Shown: positions 27,230-37,316 of the stretch, one piece after another
Layout of the letters: each line of letters starts with the position of its first letter
Numbering within the stretch: position 1 is the first letter of the stretch
Virus record (IMG/VR): IMGVR_UViG_3300019458_000020
Location: 76,152 to 140,151 of that record
Source: a virus
Length of the DNA: 64,000 nt
Strand: one strand, 5' to 3'
The notes under the pieces: generated by a model
The model's input: only the letters and a program-made list of their open reading frames with translations
Database searches by the model: none
What the model was told of the DNA's origin: nothing
Position numbers and translations under genes: made by a program

Positions 27230-27839
27230 GAATGTCTCGAATGATGGTTTCGGTCTTTTCCCATTTTCCGGTTATAGGATTCTTAACTTGACTGACTCCT
27301 TCATTCAGACTTCCTTCTGGATACAGAAATGCACCACGAGTAGATGGATTAGAAACGAAATCAAAAGCAATAAGTTCAAAATCAGGTTGAACTACATCCA
27401 CATCTTCAGACATGTTTTTCTTAACCGTTCCAAGTCCACGACTGGAAATACCTAATCTAATATTTGAACGGAAGAGTTCTTTTAAGATGTTTCCATTGGG
27501 TGTAGGTAATACTTCTACAGTTCCAACCAAATCATCATTTTCCCAATGCATTTCAACAATGTTATGAGAAACGTTTTGAAGATTGACAACGGAAGATTCT
27601 GGATGGTCTAATTCTCCTAATGCTCTACGTTCTTTAATAAAATTCTCTTCATATTTTCCTGCTTCACGAAGAAGAATTTCACGAGTATAAACACGACCGT
27701 TTTGATTTTTCTTTCCGGCACGTTGTAGAACACCTTTGACGATCAATCTTCGGTTCATGTCGCCTGCGGCTTGTTCAAAGAGGGTATCTCTTACGAAATC
27801 GAATGGGATACAATCTACTAATAGTCTCTTATCATTCAT
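27213..27839 (-). CDS. gp21: Prohead protease (T4 gp21-like)
   Basis: NQNGRVY, ALGELDHP, VSH, TPNG, GISSRGLG, DFVSNPS. Confidence 0.95.
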   Translation of the reverse strand: MNDKRLLVDCIPFDFVRDTLFEQAAGDMNRRLIVKGVLQRAGKKNQNGRVYTREILLREAGKYEENFIKERRALGELDHPESSVVNLQNVSHNIVEMHWENDDLVGTVEVLPTPNGNILKELFRSNIRLGISSRGLGTVKKNMSEDVDVVQPDFELIAFDFVSNPSTRGAFLYPEGSLNEGVSQVKNPITGKWEKTETIIRDILGNME

Positions 27840-28846
27840 ACAAGTTCCTTTGTAATAGTAAAGAGATAATTTCTACCAATAGATTCTATTTCTACAATAT
27901 TTTTAGATGGTTGATTGTGATTTCTTAATCCATTGACTAGATTCAACTTCATCTCTTTTAAATCGACATTGTTTTTGAATTCTTTCTTTGGTATTTCCAT
28001 GATGAATTCCAATACTCTATTTTTTGATTCGTTGACGGATGTTTTTGGTCCCTTTATAAAAGGAGATAAATTTAATGATTCATTTACTAAGAATTCTTCC
28101 AAAGCCAATTTCAATTCTTTTATAGTTTTGGTTTTTTTTGATTCTCCGAGTTTTTTATTCTCTTCATCATCCGGATTTTCTTGACCAGGCAATTCAGCAG
28201 GCTTCTTTACAGCAACTGCTGCAGTTGATGGTTCTGGTTCTGGTTCCGGTGCCGGCGAGGGTGGTGTCGGTTCGTCAGGAGATTGTGTTTGTGCCGGAGC
28301 CGGTGCTGGTGATGGTTCAGGACCTTCTGGCTTCGATGGTGCAGCTGAAGGAACAGGAGATTCTGGTTTATCAGGTTGTTCGGGAGCACCAGCAGCCTCT
28401 ATTTTAATATTTACACCCGGTGTTAGAAAGTATTCTTTTCCATTTGCGTCGCTTAGTACCACAACATTTTTGTTGTAATACCAATCAACACTGGCTTTGG
28501 ATACATTATCAATAGTATAATCTTTTTGTGGTTGTCCATATCCACGAGAAGCATTGACGGTTACTTTTTTACCTACAACTGATGCATTCATTTTATCTAA
28601 GAATTTTTTCTTGGCATCAGCTTTTGCTTTATTTACACTATCTTCAAATTCTTTAAAATCCTTTGTGAAATCATAATCACCAGTACCAGCCGCAGCTGGT
28701 TCTGGAGCGGCAGAAGTTGGGTCAGGAGTTGGTGTAGTCTTTGCTGCAACTACAGCCGTATCTTGTGCAGGTGGAACCGTTTCTCCTTCAGGAGAAGGGG
28801 TCGGTGATGCTTCTTGAATCTTGATTAAGTTTTTTAATCTTATCAT
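27836..28846 (-). CDS. Pro/Ala-rich head-associated protein with putative capsid-targeting leader
   Basis: Likely start MIRLKNLIKIQE at 28846. Confidence 0.65.
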   Translation of the reverse strand: MIRLKNLIKIQEASPTPSPEGETVPPAQDTAVVAAKTTPTPDPTSAAPEPAAAGTGDYDFTKDFKEFEDSVNKAKADAKKKFLDKMNASVVGKKVTVNASRGYGQPQKDYTIDNVSKASVDWYYNKNVVVLSDANGKEYFLTPGVNIKIEAAGAPEQPDKPESPVPSAAPSKPEGPEPSPAPAPAQTQSPDEPTPPSPAPEPEPEPSTAAVAVKKPAELPGQENPDDEENKKLGESKKTKTIKELKLALEEFLVNESLNLSPFIKGPKTSVNESKNRVLEFIMEIPKKEFKNNVDLKEMKLNLVNGLRNHNQPSKNIVEIESIGRNYLFTITKELV

Positions 28847-28848
28847 AT

Positions 28849-29322
28849 TTATTCCCAATCTTTTTTGACCGGAGTATATCCGATACTTTTACTTCCTTCG
28901 ATACCTTTTTTACTTCCTTTTTTATTCTTACTGAAAGCAAAAGGGGTATTATATCCCGCAACTCCGCCGGTGGTTGACATCTCACTCAAATATTCATCAG
29001 CAGGAACGAATTTTGAATCCGCCCCGCTTCCCTTACCATAAAACCATTTTCCGTGTTCATCTTTATACATCCAATGTCTGTCACCCGAAGCCGAATGCAG
29101 TAATACTTCAAAAAATTTCGTTTTACCATCTAAGCTAGTAGAATGAAATCTGGTAAGATGCACCGGCTGCCAAATTTTACTAGCAACGGTTTTTGCTTCT
29201 TCCATTTCTTCATCACTTATCTTAGCATCATGTTTTGGAAGTTTTTTACCATTAAATTCGTTTTCTTTCAACACTTCCTCTACACACTCTTTGATAAGAG
29301 CATATAATTTTACTTTATCCAT
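28849..29322 (-). CDS. Hypothetical head-module protein
   Basis: LIKECVEEVLKE N-terminus; LSE|MSTTGGVAGYNTPFAF motif. Confidence 0.65.
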   Translation of the reverse strand: MDKVKLYALIKECVEEVLKENEFNGKKLPKHDAKISDEEMEEAKTVASKIWQPVHLTRFHSTSLDGKTKFFEVLLHSASGDRHWMYKDEHGKWFYGKGSGADSKFVPADEYLSEMSTTGGVAGYNTPFAFSKNKKGSKKGIEGSKSIGYTPVKKDWE

Positions 29323-29323
29323 A

Positions 29324-30202
29324 TTACTTTTTATTTACACATTGATTCTTTACTTCTTTTAATAATTCATAAGAAAGAAGAACCACCATAACATGATTAT
29401 CTTTTATTTTCCTTTCAGGACTTACTCTATCGAGTTGTTTTACAACTTCAGTAATTTTTATTTTAACTACCTCGGAATCAATGGATTCACTTAATGTTGA
29501 TAATTCCGATTTAATAGAGTGTATTTGTTTTGCCAAATAACTTCCTAAAGAATTTGTATTCGAAACGTTATTGATATATTCTCTCAATACTGCCTTTTGA
29601 TTATCATCCATCGAAGAATATTTTTTATTCATTTTTTCGACCAACATTTTATATGTCAAAAGTCTAATATCTTCACTTTGAGACTCATAAAACGAAAGTA
29701 ATTCTTGACTTTCAGTAGTCTTCTTTGGCTTACCGGCAATATGTTCAACAATACATGAACGTGCTTGAAAAACTTCTTCTACATCAAACTTAGAATCACA
29801 GCTAGTAACATCTTCGAAGAGTTTGAAAATAGATGCCAATGCTCTGTAGTTTTTAATGTTTGATTTTAGAAATTCCTCAATCGGATACAAATTCTTTATT
29901 TCTTTAATTAAGCTATATTTTTCCTTTAATAACCTGTTGTTATTCAGTTTCTTCCTTTGTTCCAGAATAACGGATAAAAATCTTTCGGCGTGGTGTAAAT
30001 CTTTTACTTTTTCTTGTAGAAGGAGTCCGTATAATCTCCATTCATGACCTATCTCGGTGGTTTCTTTGAAGTATTTGAAGAGCAATTTTTTTGCCTCCGA
30101 TTCTTCCGTGCCAGTAATAATATCTGCAGTGATTTGACGTGTCAAAAGCTCAAACAGAATACCTGTATTTCTAAACTTAGAATGACGCATTTTCTTAGGC
30201 AT
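29324..30202 (-). CDS. Head-module protein between portal and protease
   Basis: HSKFRNTGILFELL N-terminus, helical; likely start ATG 30202. Confidence 0.7.
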   Translation of the reverse strand: MPKKMRHSKFRNTGILFELLTRQITADIITGTEESEAKKLLFKYFKETTEIGHEWRLYGLLLQEKVKDLHHAERFLSVILEQRKKLNNNRLLKEKYSLIKEIKNLYPIEEFLKSNIKNYRALASIFKLFEDVTSCDSKFDVEEVFQARSCIVEHIAGKPKKTTESQELLSFYESQSEDIRLLTYKMLVEKMNKKYSSMDDNQKAVLREYINNVSNTNSLGSYLAKQIHSIKSELSTLSESIDSEVVKIKITEVVKQLDRVSPERKIKDNHVMVVLLSYELLKEVKNQCVNKK

Positions 30203-30268
30203 ATATTTCAAACTCTTCTCTTAATTTATAAATATTACATAAAGACTTGAAAATCTATAATTTTGAAC

Positions 30269-33200
30269 TTACTCGTCAATTATATTACTTTCATCCATTA
30301 ATGATGGTGTATTTTCGGTTTCTTTAATTAACTCCTTCTTTTCCTTGACTGCTCTTTTTCCAGAAAGATGTGTATCCAAAGATTTTATAATTTGTTGATT
30401 CATTACGAATTTTGCGGATTTCGGAAGGACATTTTCTAAATTTAATGGAGAAGTCTTGTTCCGAAGAGATTTCAACTTCTTTTGTTTTTCTATTTCTAAT
30501 TTTAATGCAGAATTCATTTCCAAGGTGCCTCTTGGGTCTTCGCCGAATCTAAAATCTCGTCTGGCATTTTTTACTCCCTTTTGGGATGGTCGTTCATAAT
30601 CCTCTGCGTGTTCTCCATGACCCTCCTTTACATCTTCCGATTCTGTTAGACCGGTATCCTTTCCAGCCGGTTCACCCAGAGCCGCTGCTAAATCAGCTTC
30701 ATCTCCTTCACCACCCGGACCTCCCTCGTCGCCCATATCTGGCCCTCCACCTAAATCCGGTCCTCCGCCGGGCCCGCCTTCATCACCACCTGGCTCTCCG
30801 CCAGGTCCACCCTCTGGATTAATTTTATTAAATGGTTTTGCTGGGTCATTACCATCTTCTTCTATTTGCTTTATTCTCCAAGCTTGGATAGCGTCTTCTA
30901 TAACCGCCTTCGCAATTTCATCGGTATCATCATCCGAAAGATTGAAAATATTTTTATAAATCCAAGATTTAGAAAATAATTTAGCTTCCATCATGTTCGA
31001 TGCAACATCAACCTTATTACCCCACAATTCGATTTTCTCCTTTTCAAAGATTGTGGATGGGTTGGTTAGTTCTAATCTAAAGTTAACTAATTTTTCATCT
31101 CTATATCCCTGTGAATAAAGATGAAGAATAGAAATTTTTTCCAATTCTGATACGATAATTCCTTGAATTCTTTGAATTGTCTTTGCGAAACGAATATCTT
31201 CGGAAGCCAAGGTGGCTTTTCCGGATAATTCGTCTTCATAACCCAAAAATGCTTTAGGAATTTTTAAAGCAGCCATCATCTTATTTCTAAGATATTCAAT
31301 ATCTTCAATTCCTGTGAATTCCATTCCACCCAACGTATCAATAGAGGATCCACTATCACTTCCACGAACAGGTAGATAAAAATCTTCTACCATGTTTTGA
31401 AGATTGAATCGAAGGTTATAATCTCCGGTTTGTGGGTCTAAATAAGGGACTTTCTTCATTTTGGAGATTACTTTTTCCATGTATGCATCTACTTCTCCGG
31501 GTGGAATATTTCCTACATCCATCTTAAAAATACGTTTTTCAGGAGCACGCATGATTCTGTGAATCAACATAGCGTCTTCCATCAAACTTAATTGTTTCCA
31601 AATACGTCGAGCACTTTCTATCATAGATTTTCCATAAGGAAGAAAATTAGAATCAGAAATTAATCGAAAGTGTGCCAATTCAAAAGACTCCAAAGTTTCT
31701 ACAGCAGAAGTATCGGTAGGACGAATTTGAAACTTTACGTAGTTTTTATTCATCGGGTCGGAATTTTCAATTCGTTCTACATTATATGCAGAAACAGGCT
31801 CGATTTGATAAACACCGTATTCTGGAGAGATATAAGTTCTAAGATAGAAATCTCCGTATTTACATAAATTTCTTGTCCAAGACCAAAGATTAAATTCAAT
31901 ATTAAGAATATCATAATGAAGATTATGAAGCACTTCTTTTATATTATCATCTTCAGTATGAACGGTAAGAATTTTACCCATTTCATTTTTTGTAACACAT
32001 TCATCAGCGTAAATATCTAAAGCAGAGGCTAATATGGGGTCCATATCCATTGTATTTGAAACAAAACAACTATCTGTAGAAAAGTTTTTATACTTCTCTA
32101 CAGTTACATCATAAACATCAACTTCACCAATACTTTCAATGGATACTATTTTATGGTTTAAAGTTGATTCTACTTCTTGCTTAAAAGATTTCCAGTCATG
32201 ACCTTCTTTTTTCAGACGGTTTTGAAGAGTAGAATGATCACATCGAATATGTTTAATAAAATCCCATAGATTTATCTTGGAGTTTTCTTTGTAGAATTCC
32301 AACGCTTTTTCTTTTACATTAGAAAAGGTTATATCTCCACGATATTTTGGATTACGTTCTTCCGTTTGATTTCTATCCTTGAACACTTCTTTAAGAGTTT
32401 CAGAACGAGTTTTATTTGATTTTTCAGAATGGGTTTTTCCAAAAAAAGGATTATTTTCACCAACTCGTTCTCCATCCCAATGATGAAATTTACGGTTAAT
32501 ATAGTTTGGGTGCGATTTTAATTTATTGAGTTGATTTTCATAATTTTCATCCCCCCACAATATATTTTTACTATAATTAGAATGAAATTGTATATGTTCA
32601 TCCTTCGTCATTATTTGTAAATTGTCGGGGGAATTATCATAACCGTTGAAGTTTTTATGATGAACCACTTCGTTGTCATTCAATGATCGGTCAAATTGTT
32701 CCGCAACTACAACGTGTTCAGATTGCCAACCTTTAGAAAAGTTATACAGTTTTTTATATTTATTATATTTACAGTTATAATCCTTTTGATAGAAAGGCAT
32801 CACAGAATCGCCTACACGAAGTTCATATATCATTTTATACGAACCATCTCGCATCATAAACGGATGTTTCAAACTTCCAACGACATACTGTCCGTTATCA
32901 AATATTACCTTGTAACCAATGCGTTTACCTTTTTTCTTTCTAGGATGATACGCTTTACCTAATTTAATAGAATCTGTTTCGTGGTCATAGGAAAATACAT
33001 AAAACCGTTCTTGTGGTTTATCTTTATATTTTTCAGCAAGTTCTGATATTGTTGGTCGAGAACCATCTGGCAACGGAATGATGGTATCTGGACCGACACA
33101 ATCGTAATCCCTGAACAAATCGATGCGAGCAGCTTGATAAGATAAAGCAAAATCTCTTGTATATGCATTATACGCAGTAGAACGGACACGATTGAATCTA

Positions 33201-33388
33201 TCTCGAAGGCTGTTTCTATCTGTTGCGTATCCTAACTGACTGGTATCCTTTACTTTTAATTTTTTTCCACCTACGTTACGAACTACCGCACCAGAGGATA
33301 AAAGTCTTTTTAATCTAGCATACAGCGACTTTTGCTTTACATCTATTTCGTCTTCGTTTCCGAATGGTTTTAAGTTATTTACCGGCAT
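30269..33388 (-). CDS. gp20: Portal protein (T4 gp20-like) containing an intein
   Basis: LMEDAMLIHRIMRAPEKRIF..DVGNIP, EDFYLPVRG, DIEY...ALKIP. Confidence 0.95.
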   Translation of the reverse strand: MPVNNLKPFGNEDEIDVKQKSLYARLKRLLSSGAVVRNVGGKKLKVKDTSQLGYATDRNSLRDRFNRVRSTAYNAYTRDFALSYQAARIDLFRDYDCVGPDTIIPLPDGSRPTISELAEKYKDKPQERFYVFSYDHETDSIKLGKAYHPRKKKGKRIGYKVIFDNGQYVVGSLKHPFMMRDGSYKMIYELRVGDSVMPFYQKDYNCKYNKYKKLYNFSKGWQSEHVVVAEQFDRSLNDNEVVHHKNFNGYDNSPDNLQIMTKDEHIQFHSNYSKNILWGDENYENQLNKLKSHPNYINRKFHHWDGERVGENNPFFGKTHSEKSNKTRSETLKEVFKDRNQTEERNPKYRGDITFSNVKEKALEFYKENSKINLWDFIKHIRCDHSTLQNRLKKEGHDWKSFKQEVESTLNHKIVSIESIGEVDVYDVTVEKYKNFSTDSCFVSNTMDMDPILASALDIYADECVTKNEMGKILTVHTEDDNIKEVLHNLHYDILNIEFNLWSWTRNLCKYGDFYLRTYISPEYGVYQIEPVSAYNVERIENSDPMNKNYVKFQIRPTDTSAVETLESFELAHFRLISDSNFLPYGKSMIESARRIWKQLSLMEDAMLIHRIMRAPEKRIFKMDVGNIPPGEVDAYMEKVISKMKKVPYLDPQTGDYNLRFNLQNMVEDFYLPVRGSDSGSSIDTLGGMEFTGIEDIEYLRNKMMAALKIPKAFLGYEDELSGKATLASEDIRFAKTIQRIQGIIVSELEKISILHLYSQGYRDEKLVNFRLELTNPSTIFEKEKIELWGNKVDVASNMMEAKLFSKSWIYKNIFNLSDDDTDEIAKAVIEDAIQAWRIKQIEEDGNDPAKPFNKINPEGGPGGEPGGDEGGPGGGPDLGGGPDMGDEGGPGGEGDEADLAAALGEPAGKDTGLTESEDVKEGHGEHAEDYERPSQKGVKNARRDFRFGEDPRGTLEMNSALKLEIEKQKKLKSLRNKTSPLNLENVLPKSAKFVMNQQIIKSLDTHLSGKRAVKEKKELIKETENTPSLMDESNIIDE
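32054..33100 (-). mobile_element. Intein (349 aa) with HNH homing endonuclease
   Basis: Begins CVGPDT; block B SLKHPF; VVHHKNFNGYDNSPDNL (HNH); VYDVTV...NF...VSN|T. Removal restores RDYD|TMDMDP. Confidence 0.92.
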
Positions 33389-33439
33389 AAAAATCTATAA
33401 ATACGTATGTAAGTTTCAGTATAATACATATAATTATAT

Positions 33440-35047
33440 TTACAACAACCAGTCTAATTTTTCTATTTCATCCGGCCCTTTTCCTATTTTCATCTGCCAA
33501 TATTTTTGGGCCGCACCAGTAGAGTTAGAAGTATAAATAGGGGAAGAATTATCAGGTTTCTGTGGTACACCTATGGTATCTAACATTTTTTTAGTTAAAT
33601 AGATACCTTCCTGTCTTAATTTTAAAGCCGTATCTCTTACCCAAAGACCTAACCCCAAAGACAGAACTAAATCGTCGTTATAATTGTCCGCTGCTTGAGC
33701 TTTACCGTTCTTCCAAATAAACGTCTTTAATTCGTTTATCGTTCTTATAGAGTGAATTTTTATCGCCTTTTCTCTAAAGTATGCTTCCAATTTAGAAATA
33801 ACCAACGGTCGTGTCGATATTGTCGTCGAAAAACCAGGCAACAACTTTTTATCCTCACTGTAATATTTGGTCTTCAACTGACGTTCTACTTCGATGTATT
33901 TTAAGTCTGCTGAACAATAAAAGGTATTTTGATATTTTCTATCAACAATTTGTTGTAATACCGCCCATCCTATATTTTCTCTTTCAACAATAAGCAACGC
34001 ATCGTTATACTCTGTAGCCAAATTTACCAAAGAATTACCATAATCTTTTGTTCCTGGCTGGTCAACGTATTCAGCTACTTGTTCCAATGATTCCAAATCT
34101 AATACATGAAATGCACTATAATCTAATCCGTCACCACGAGCAACGTCAGCACACACGATATAATCTTTGGAATAATCAGGAGGAGCAAATACCCACAATC
34201 CGCCGCCCAAGCGAATCTCCAATGGGTCACGAACTAAATTCTCTTCATACCATTTTAGAATATTCAAATCAACCACGTTTGTACCAGATGTCAAAAAGTC
34301 GCAATCACATTCTTGGTTTGCATCTTTTTCTCCGAGATTTTTAGTTTGTAAATCTCTCCAAGCCTGATCTCGTTCAGGATGTAAATGCCAAGGAAGGGTT
34401 ATAGTTTTAAAATCATTCTTTTTCTTCTCGGCTTCTATCCACATTTTATGAAACCAATTACCAACACCATTTGGTGTAGATAATACGATTGCATTTCCAC
34501 CGGTAGATAGGGTTGATTGTGCAGAAGTCCAAATATCATCAGCACAATCTATGAATGCGGCTTCGTCCAAAACTAGAAGACTCAGTGCCATAGAACGTCC
34601 CGCATCACTAGAAGATGATGTAGCTTTGATTGCTGACCCATTCTTTAATCGTAATGAAAGTCTATTATCTTCAGTAGCCACTACTTTTAACCAAGAAGGA
34701 AGATGGTCATTAGCAAATCTAACCTTGGTTACTATTTCTTTGGAAACTTCTTGTTTAATGGAAATAATCAAGACGTTTTTATCTTGATGAAATATCATTA
34801 ACCAAAGAGAATATGCAGCGACCAAAGTCGTTATACCCATTTGACGAGATTTCAATACGAGATTGAATCGATTATCACAAAAGGTTTGTAGTGTGTCTTC
34901 TTGGAATGGGTATAGTTCAAATGGAATGGTTCCCCTATGTGGATGTTGAATCTTAACATACTTCTTCATGAAGTAAATTGGGTCTAACAGACATTTCTTG
35001 TATTCTTCCTTAATTATGTCTCTAAGATTTGGTTGACCATTAGCCAT
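33440..35047 (-). CDS. terL: Terminase large subunit (T4 gp17-like)
   Basis: KSRQMGITT Walker A, LVLDEAAF Walker B, STPNG, nuclease ADVARGDG.DYS and DDLV. Likely start MANGQP at 35047. Confidence 0.96.
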   Translation of the reverse strand: MANGQPNLRDIIKEEYKKCLLDPIYFMKKYVKIQHPHRGTIPFELYPFQEDTLQTFCDNRFNLVLKSRQMGITTLVAAYSLWLMIFHQDKNVLIISIKQEVSKEIVTKVRFANDHLPSWLKVVATEDNRLSLRLKNGSAIKATSSSSDAGRSMALSLLVLDEAAFIDCADDIWTSAQSTLSTGGNAIVLSTPNGVGNWFHKMWIEAEKKKNDFKTITLPWHLHPERDQAWRDLQTKNLGEKDANQECDCDFLTSGTNVVDLNILKWYEENLVRDPLEIRLGGGLWVFAPPDYSKDYIVCADVARGDGLDYSAFHVLDLESLEQVAEYVDQPGTKDYGNSLVNLATEYNDALLIVERENIGWAVLQQIVDRKYQNTFYCSADLKYIEVERQLKTKYYSEDKKLLPGFSTTISTRPLVISKLEAYFREKAIKIHSIRTINELKTFIWKNGKAQAADNYNDDLVLSLGLGLWVRDTALKLRQEGIYLTKKMLDTIGVPQKPDNSSPIYTSNSTGAAQKYWQMKIGKGPDEIEKLDWLL

Positions 35048-35052
35048 AAGTT

Positions 35053-36009
35053 TTAATATTCTATTGCACCAATCATCATATACCACTCGTCGCCATATTT
35101 ATCTAAATTTTTACGAACCGTGGATGGTCTATATTTCACCCACTTTTCATTCATTTGTTGATAAATATAAACCCATTGTATGTGATTTGGTAATATAGTT
35201 CCGCTATATCCGAACTTACCCAGTTCTTTAGACAATGACAGTGGTTTCATTTCGGATGTATCGTCTTCTGACCTATCAGATGGGTGGTCATAATATTTTT
35301 GATGTTTAGATGTTATTTCTGCATCATAATCAGGAGCAATCAAACTTTTATCTGGTATAGAAATTTGGAGGATTACTTGTCCTCCGCCGTGGTTATGGAC
35401 TGCTTGAGACGAATAAAATTTTGATTGGTCAAATCTAGCGGCAAAGAAAATTTCGTTATAGTGTTCAACTCCCCTGTCACCAAAATTTCCTCCTGTCTGT
35501 GCAGGCCTCAATCCCTTTTTCAAAATTCCATCAAGAAATTCTGTACTAGTTCCATGAAACCCAATAGACGGAACTTCTCCTGTTATCTTTTTCTTGGCCA
35601 AATTAATTGTTTCGGAATCCTCATCATCACTTTTACTAACTTGTTTTATTCCCAAATCTTTTACAATTTTCCTGATGATAATAGACGTAGATGGATTTGA
35701 TTTATCAATACCATGAACGAATAATCTTTTATTTTTTTTGTCTAAATCGCCGGTTACTACATCCGGAGGAAGTTCTCCGGAAAGACTTACAATATCATAA
35801 ACACTTTCAGCAGACTCTAGTGATTCTTTGGAATATTTACTCTTTTGAATATATGGATGTTGACGTAGGTGGGCCTTCAACTCCGATATATCACTGTCAG
35901 TATCCAAGATAAACAATTTGTCTTTCCAAACGACAACAACGGAGTGTTCTTTTCCGGTCGTCAAGTCTTTGACAATGTATTCTTGTAATAATGACTTCAA
36001 ACGTATCAT
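35053..36009 (-). CDS. Two-domain protein with C-terminal ART-like domain and putative capsid-targeting leader
   Basis: Start MIRLKSLLQE at 36009; FHGTS...ILKKGLRP...IFFA...YSGTILP. Confidence 0.65.
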   Translation of the reverse strand: MIRLKSLLQEYIVKDLTTGKEHSVVVVWKDKLFILDTDSDISELKAHLRQHPYIQKSKYSKESLESAESVYDIVSLSGELPPDVVTGDLDKKNKRLFVHGIDKSNPSTSIIIRKIVKDLGIKQVSKSDDEDSETINLAKKKITGEVPSIGFHGTSTEFLDGILKKGLRPAQTGGNFGDRGVEHYNEIFFAARFDQSKFYSSQAVHNHGGGQVILQISIPDKSLIAPDYDAEITSKHQKYYDHPSDRSEDDTSEMKPLSLSKELGKFGYSGTILPNHIQWVYIYQQMNEKWVKYRPSTVRKNLDKYGDEWYMMIGAIEY

Positions 36010-36010
36010 A

Positions 36011-36610
36011 TTATTTTCCCAATTTTGATAGTGCCTCTTCCAGTTGTTCAATTCCCTCGTTGACTTTTACTAAATCTGATTTTGCTGATTCCAAAAGAAC
36101 CTCCAATGGGTCGGCTTCCCAAGTTGTTATACTTCCATCGGCGTGAACTATTTCCGTTTTGGTGTCACTCTTTTTAGAAAGAACCTCCAACGTTTCTTCT
36201 ATATGTTTCTTCATGTCTTTTAAATAAGACAACTGATTAGACCAAACAACTTTCTGTTCATATTCCTTTATACCACCGTTTATTCTTAATTTGGTGTGAT
36301 CGTCTATCATACAATCATAACATTTGCCTGTTTTACCAAATACTTTTTCGTCATATCTGTCACCACACAAATGAACATCTTTTTTACAAATAGAACAAAC
36401 CTGTTTCAACATGTCACGAATGGATTCAACTTGAACATTGATTCTAGCCTTGTAGCCCTTTCTTTGTTCCCACGTAATTCCTTTTACGTCAGTCCATCGT
36501 TCGCCAACCTTCCTTTGAACTTCGGTTGGTTTGTAACCCATTTGTATGAACGGCTGTTCATCATTTAAAATTTGACTAATTGATTCTTTATTCCAACGTC
36601 TGCGAGCCAT
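36011..36610 (-). CDS. Hypothetical protein with CxxC pairs and coiled coil
   Basis: CSIC, CYDC; lies upstream of terL. Confidence 0.7.
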   Translation of the reverse strand: MARRRWNKESISQILNDEQPFIQMGYKPTEVQRKVGERWTDVKGITWEQRKGYKARINVQVESIRDMLKQVCSICKKDVHLCGDRYDEKVFGKTGKCYDCMIDDHTKLRINGGIKEYEQKVVWSNQLSYLKDMKKHIEETLEVLSKKSDTKTEIVHADGSITTWEADPLEVLLESAKSDLVKVNEGIEQLEEALSKLGK

Positions 36611-36614
36611 AACA

Positions 36615-37265
36615 TTATACCTTTCCTAAACAAATCCACCTTTTACAATTATTTACTTTTTTATTACACAGCCTATAAACAAAAGACCTATCAATTCCAT
36701 ATTCGTCCGCAAATTTAAATTTTGGAAGATGAATAGACACTCCCGTTTCAATATTTAAAAATTTATAATATCCAGAAAATCGTCCACCATTTCCATTTTT
36801 AAGTTTTCCAAATTTTCCCCATAATATTTCTTTTACTTTTTGTTTATGTATTTGAGATTTTGGTTTACCTTTCAATGATAAGGATATTTTCTTTTTTGTT
36901 TCTATATCCAACTTTCTTCCTATAAGAGATTTTGATATTTTGTTTCTTGTTTCTTGTGTTACAATTCTTCCTTTTGGACTCCCAGCAATTTTATATAAAT
37001 TATATTCAGGAAGAAGAGTATTCAAATAATGTTGTTCTTTTATTAAACATTGACCTTTATTACATAACTCCAAAATTTCAAAAGAAAAATTTTTTTCTCC
37101 ATATTTGTTCCATGCTCTCTGTAAATGTTTGTTAATATGAGTATTTTTTCTTAATTGATTTCTATGTTTTCTCCATCTTCCTTGTATCCCGGTTTTATAA
37201 GAAGAACTACCAATATATAAATGATTATTTAATATATTTCTTATTTGATATACTCCTGTATTCAT
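36615..37265 (-). CDS. GIY-YIG homing endonuclease
   Basis: GVYQIRN...YIGSS, EQHYL, YNL, NUMOD3-like ETRNKIS repeats. Confidence 0.9.
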   Translation of the reverse strand: MNTGVYQIRNILNNHLYIGSSSYKTGIQGRWRKHRNQLRKNTHINKHLQRAWNKYGEKNFSFEILELCNKGQCLIKEQHYLNTLLPEYNLYKIAGSPKGRIVTQETRNKISKSLIGRKLDIETKKKISLSLKGKPKSQIHKQKVKEILWGKFGKLKNGNGGRFSGYYKFLNIETGVSIHLPKFKFADEYGIDRSFVYRLCNKKVNNCKRWICLGKV

Positions 37266-37316
37266 AACAATTAGTTCTTATTTACATAGTAATTTGTTTT
37301 TCGGTTCACAAATATA

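Noticed and set aside
28190..28400. GC-rich low-complexity stretches here and at 30650-30820
   Set aside because: They encode Pro/Ala- or Gly-rich disordered linkers, not DNA repeat elements.
36011..36610. Small terminase candidate upstream of terL
   Set aside because: Position is suggestive but no recognisable TerS features; left as hypothetical.
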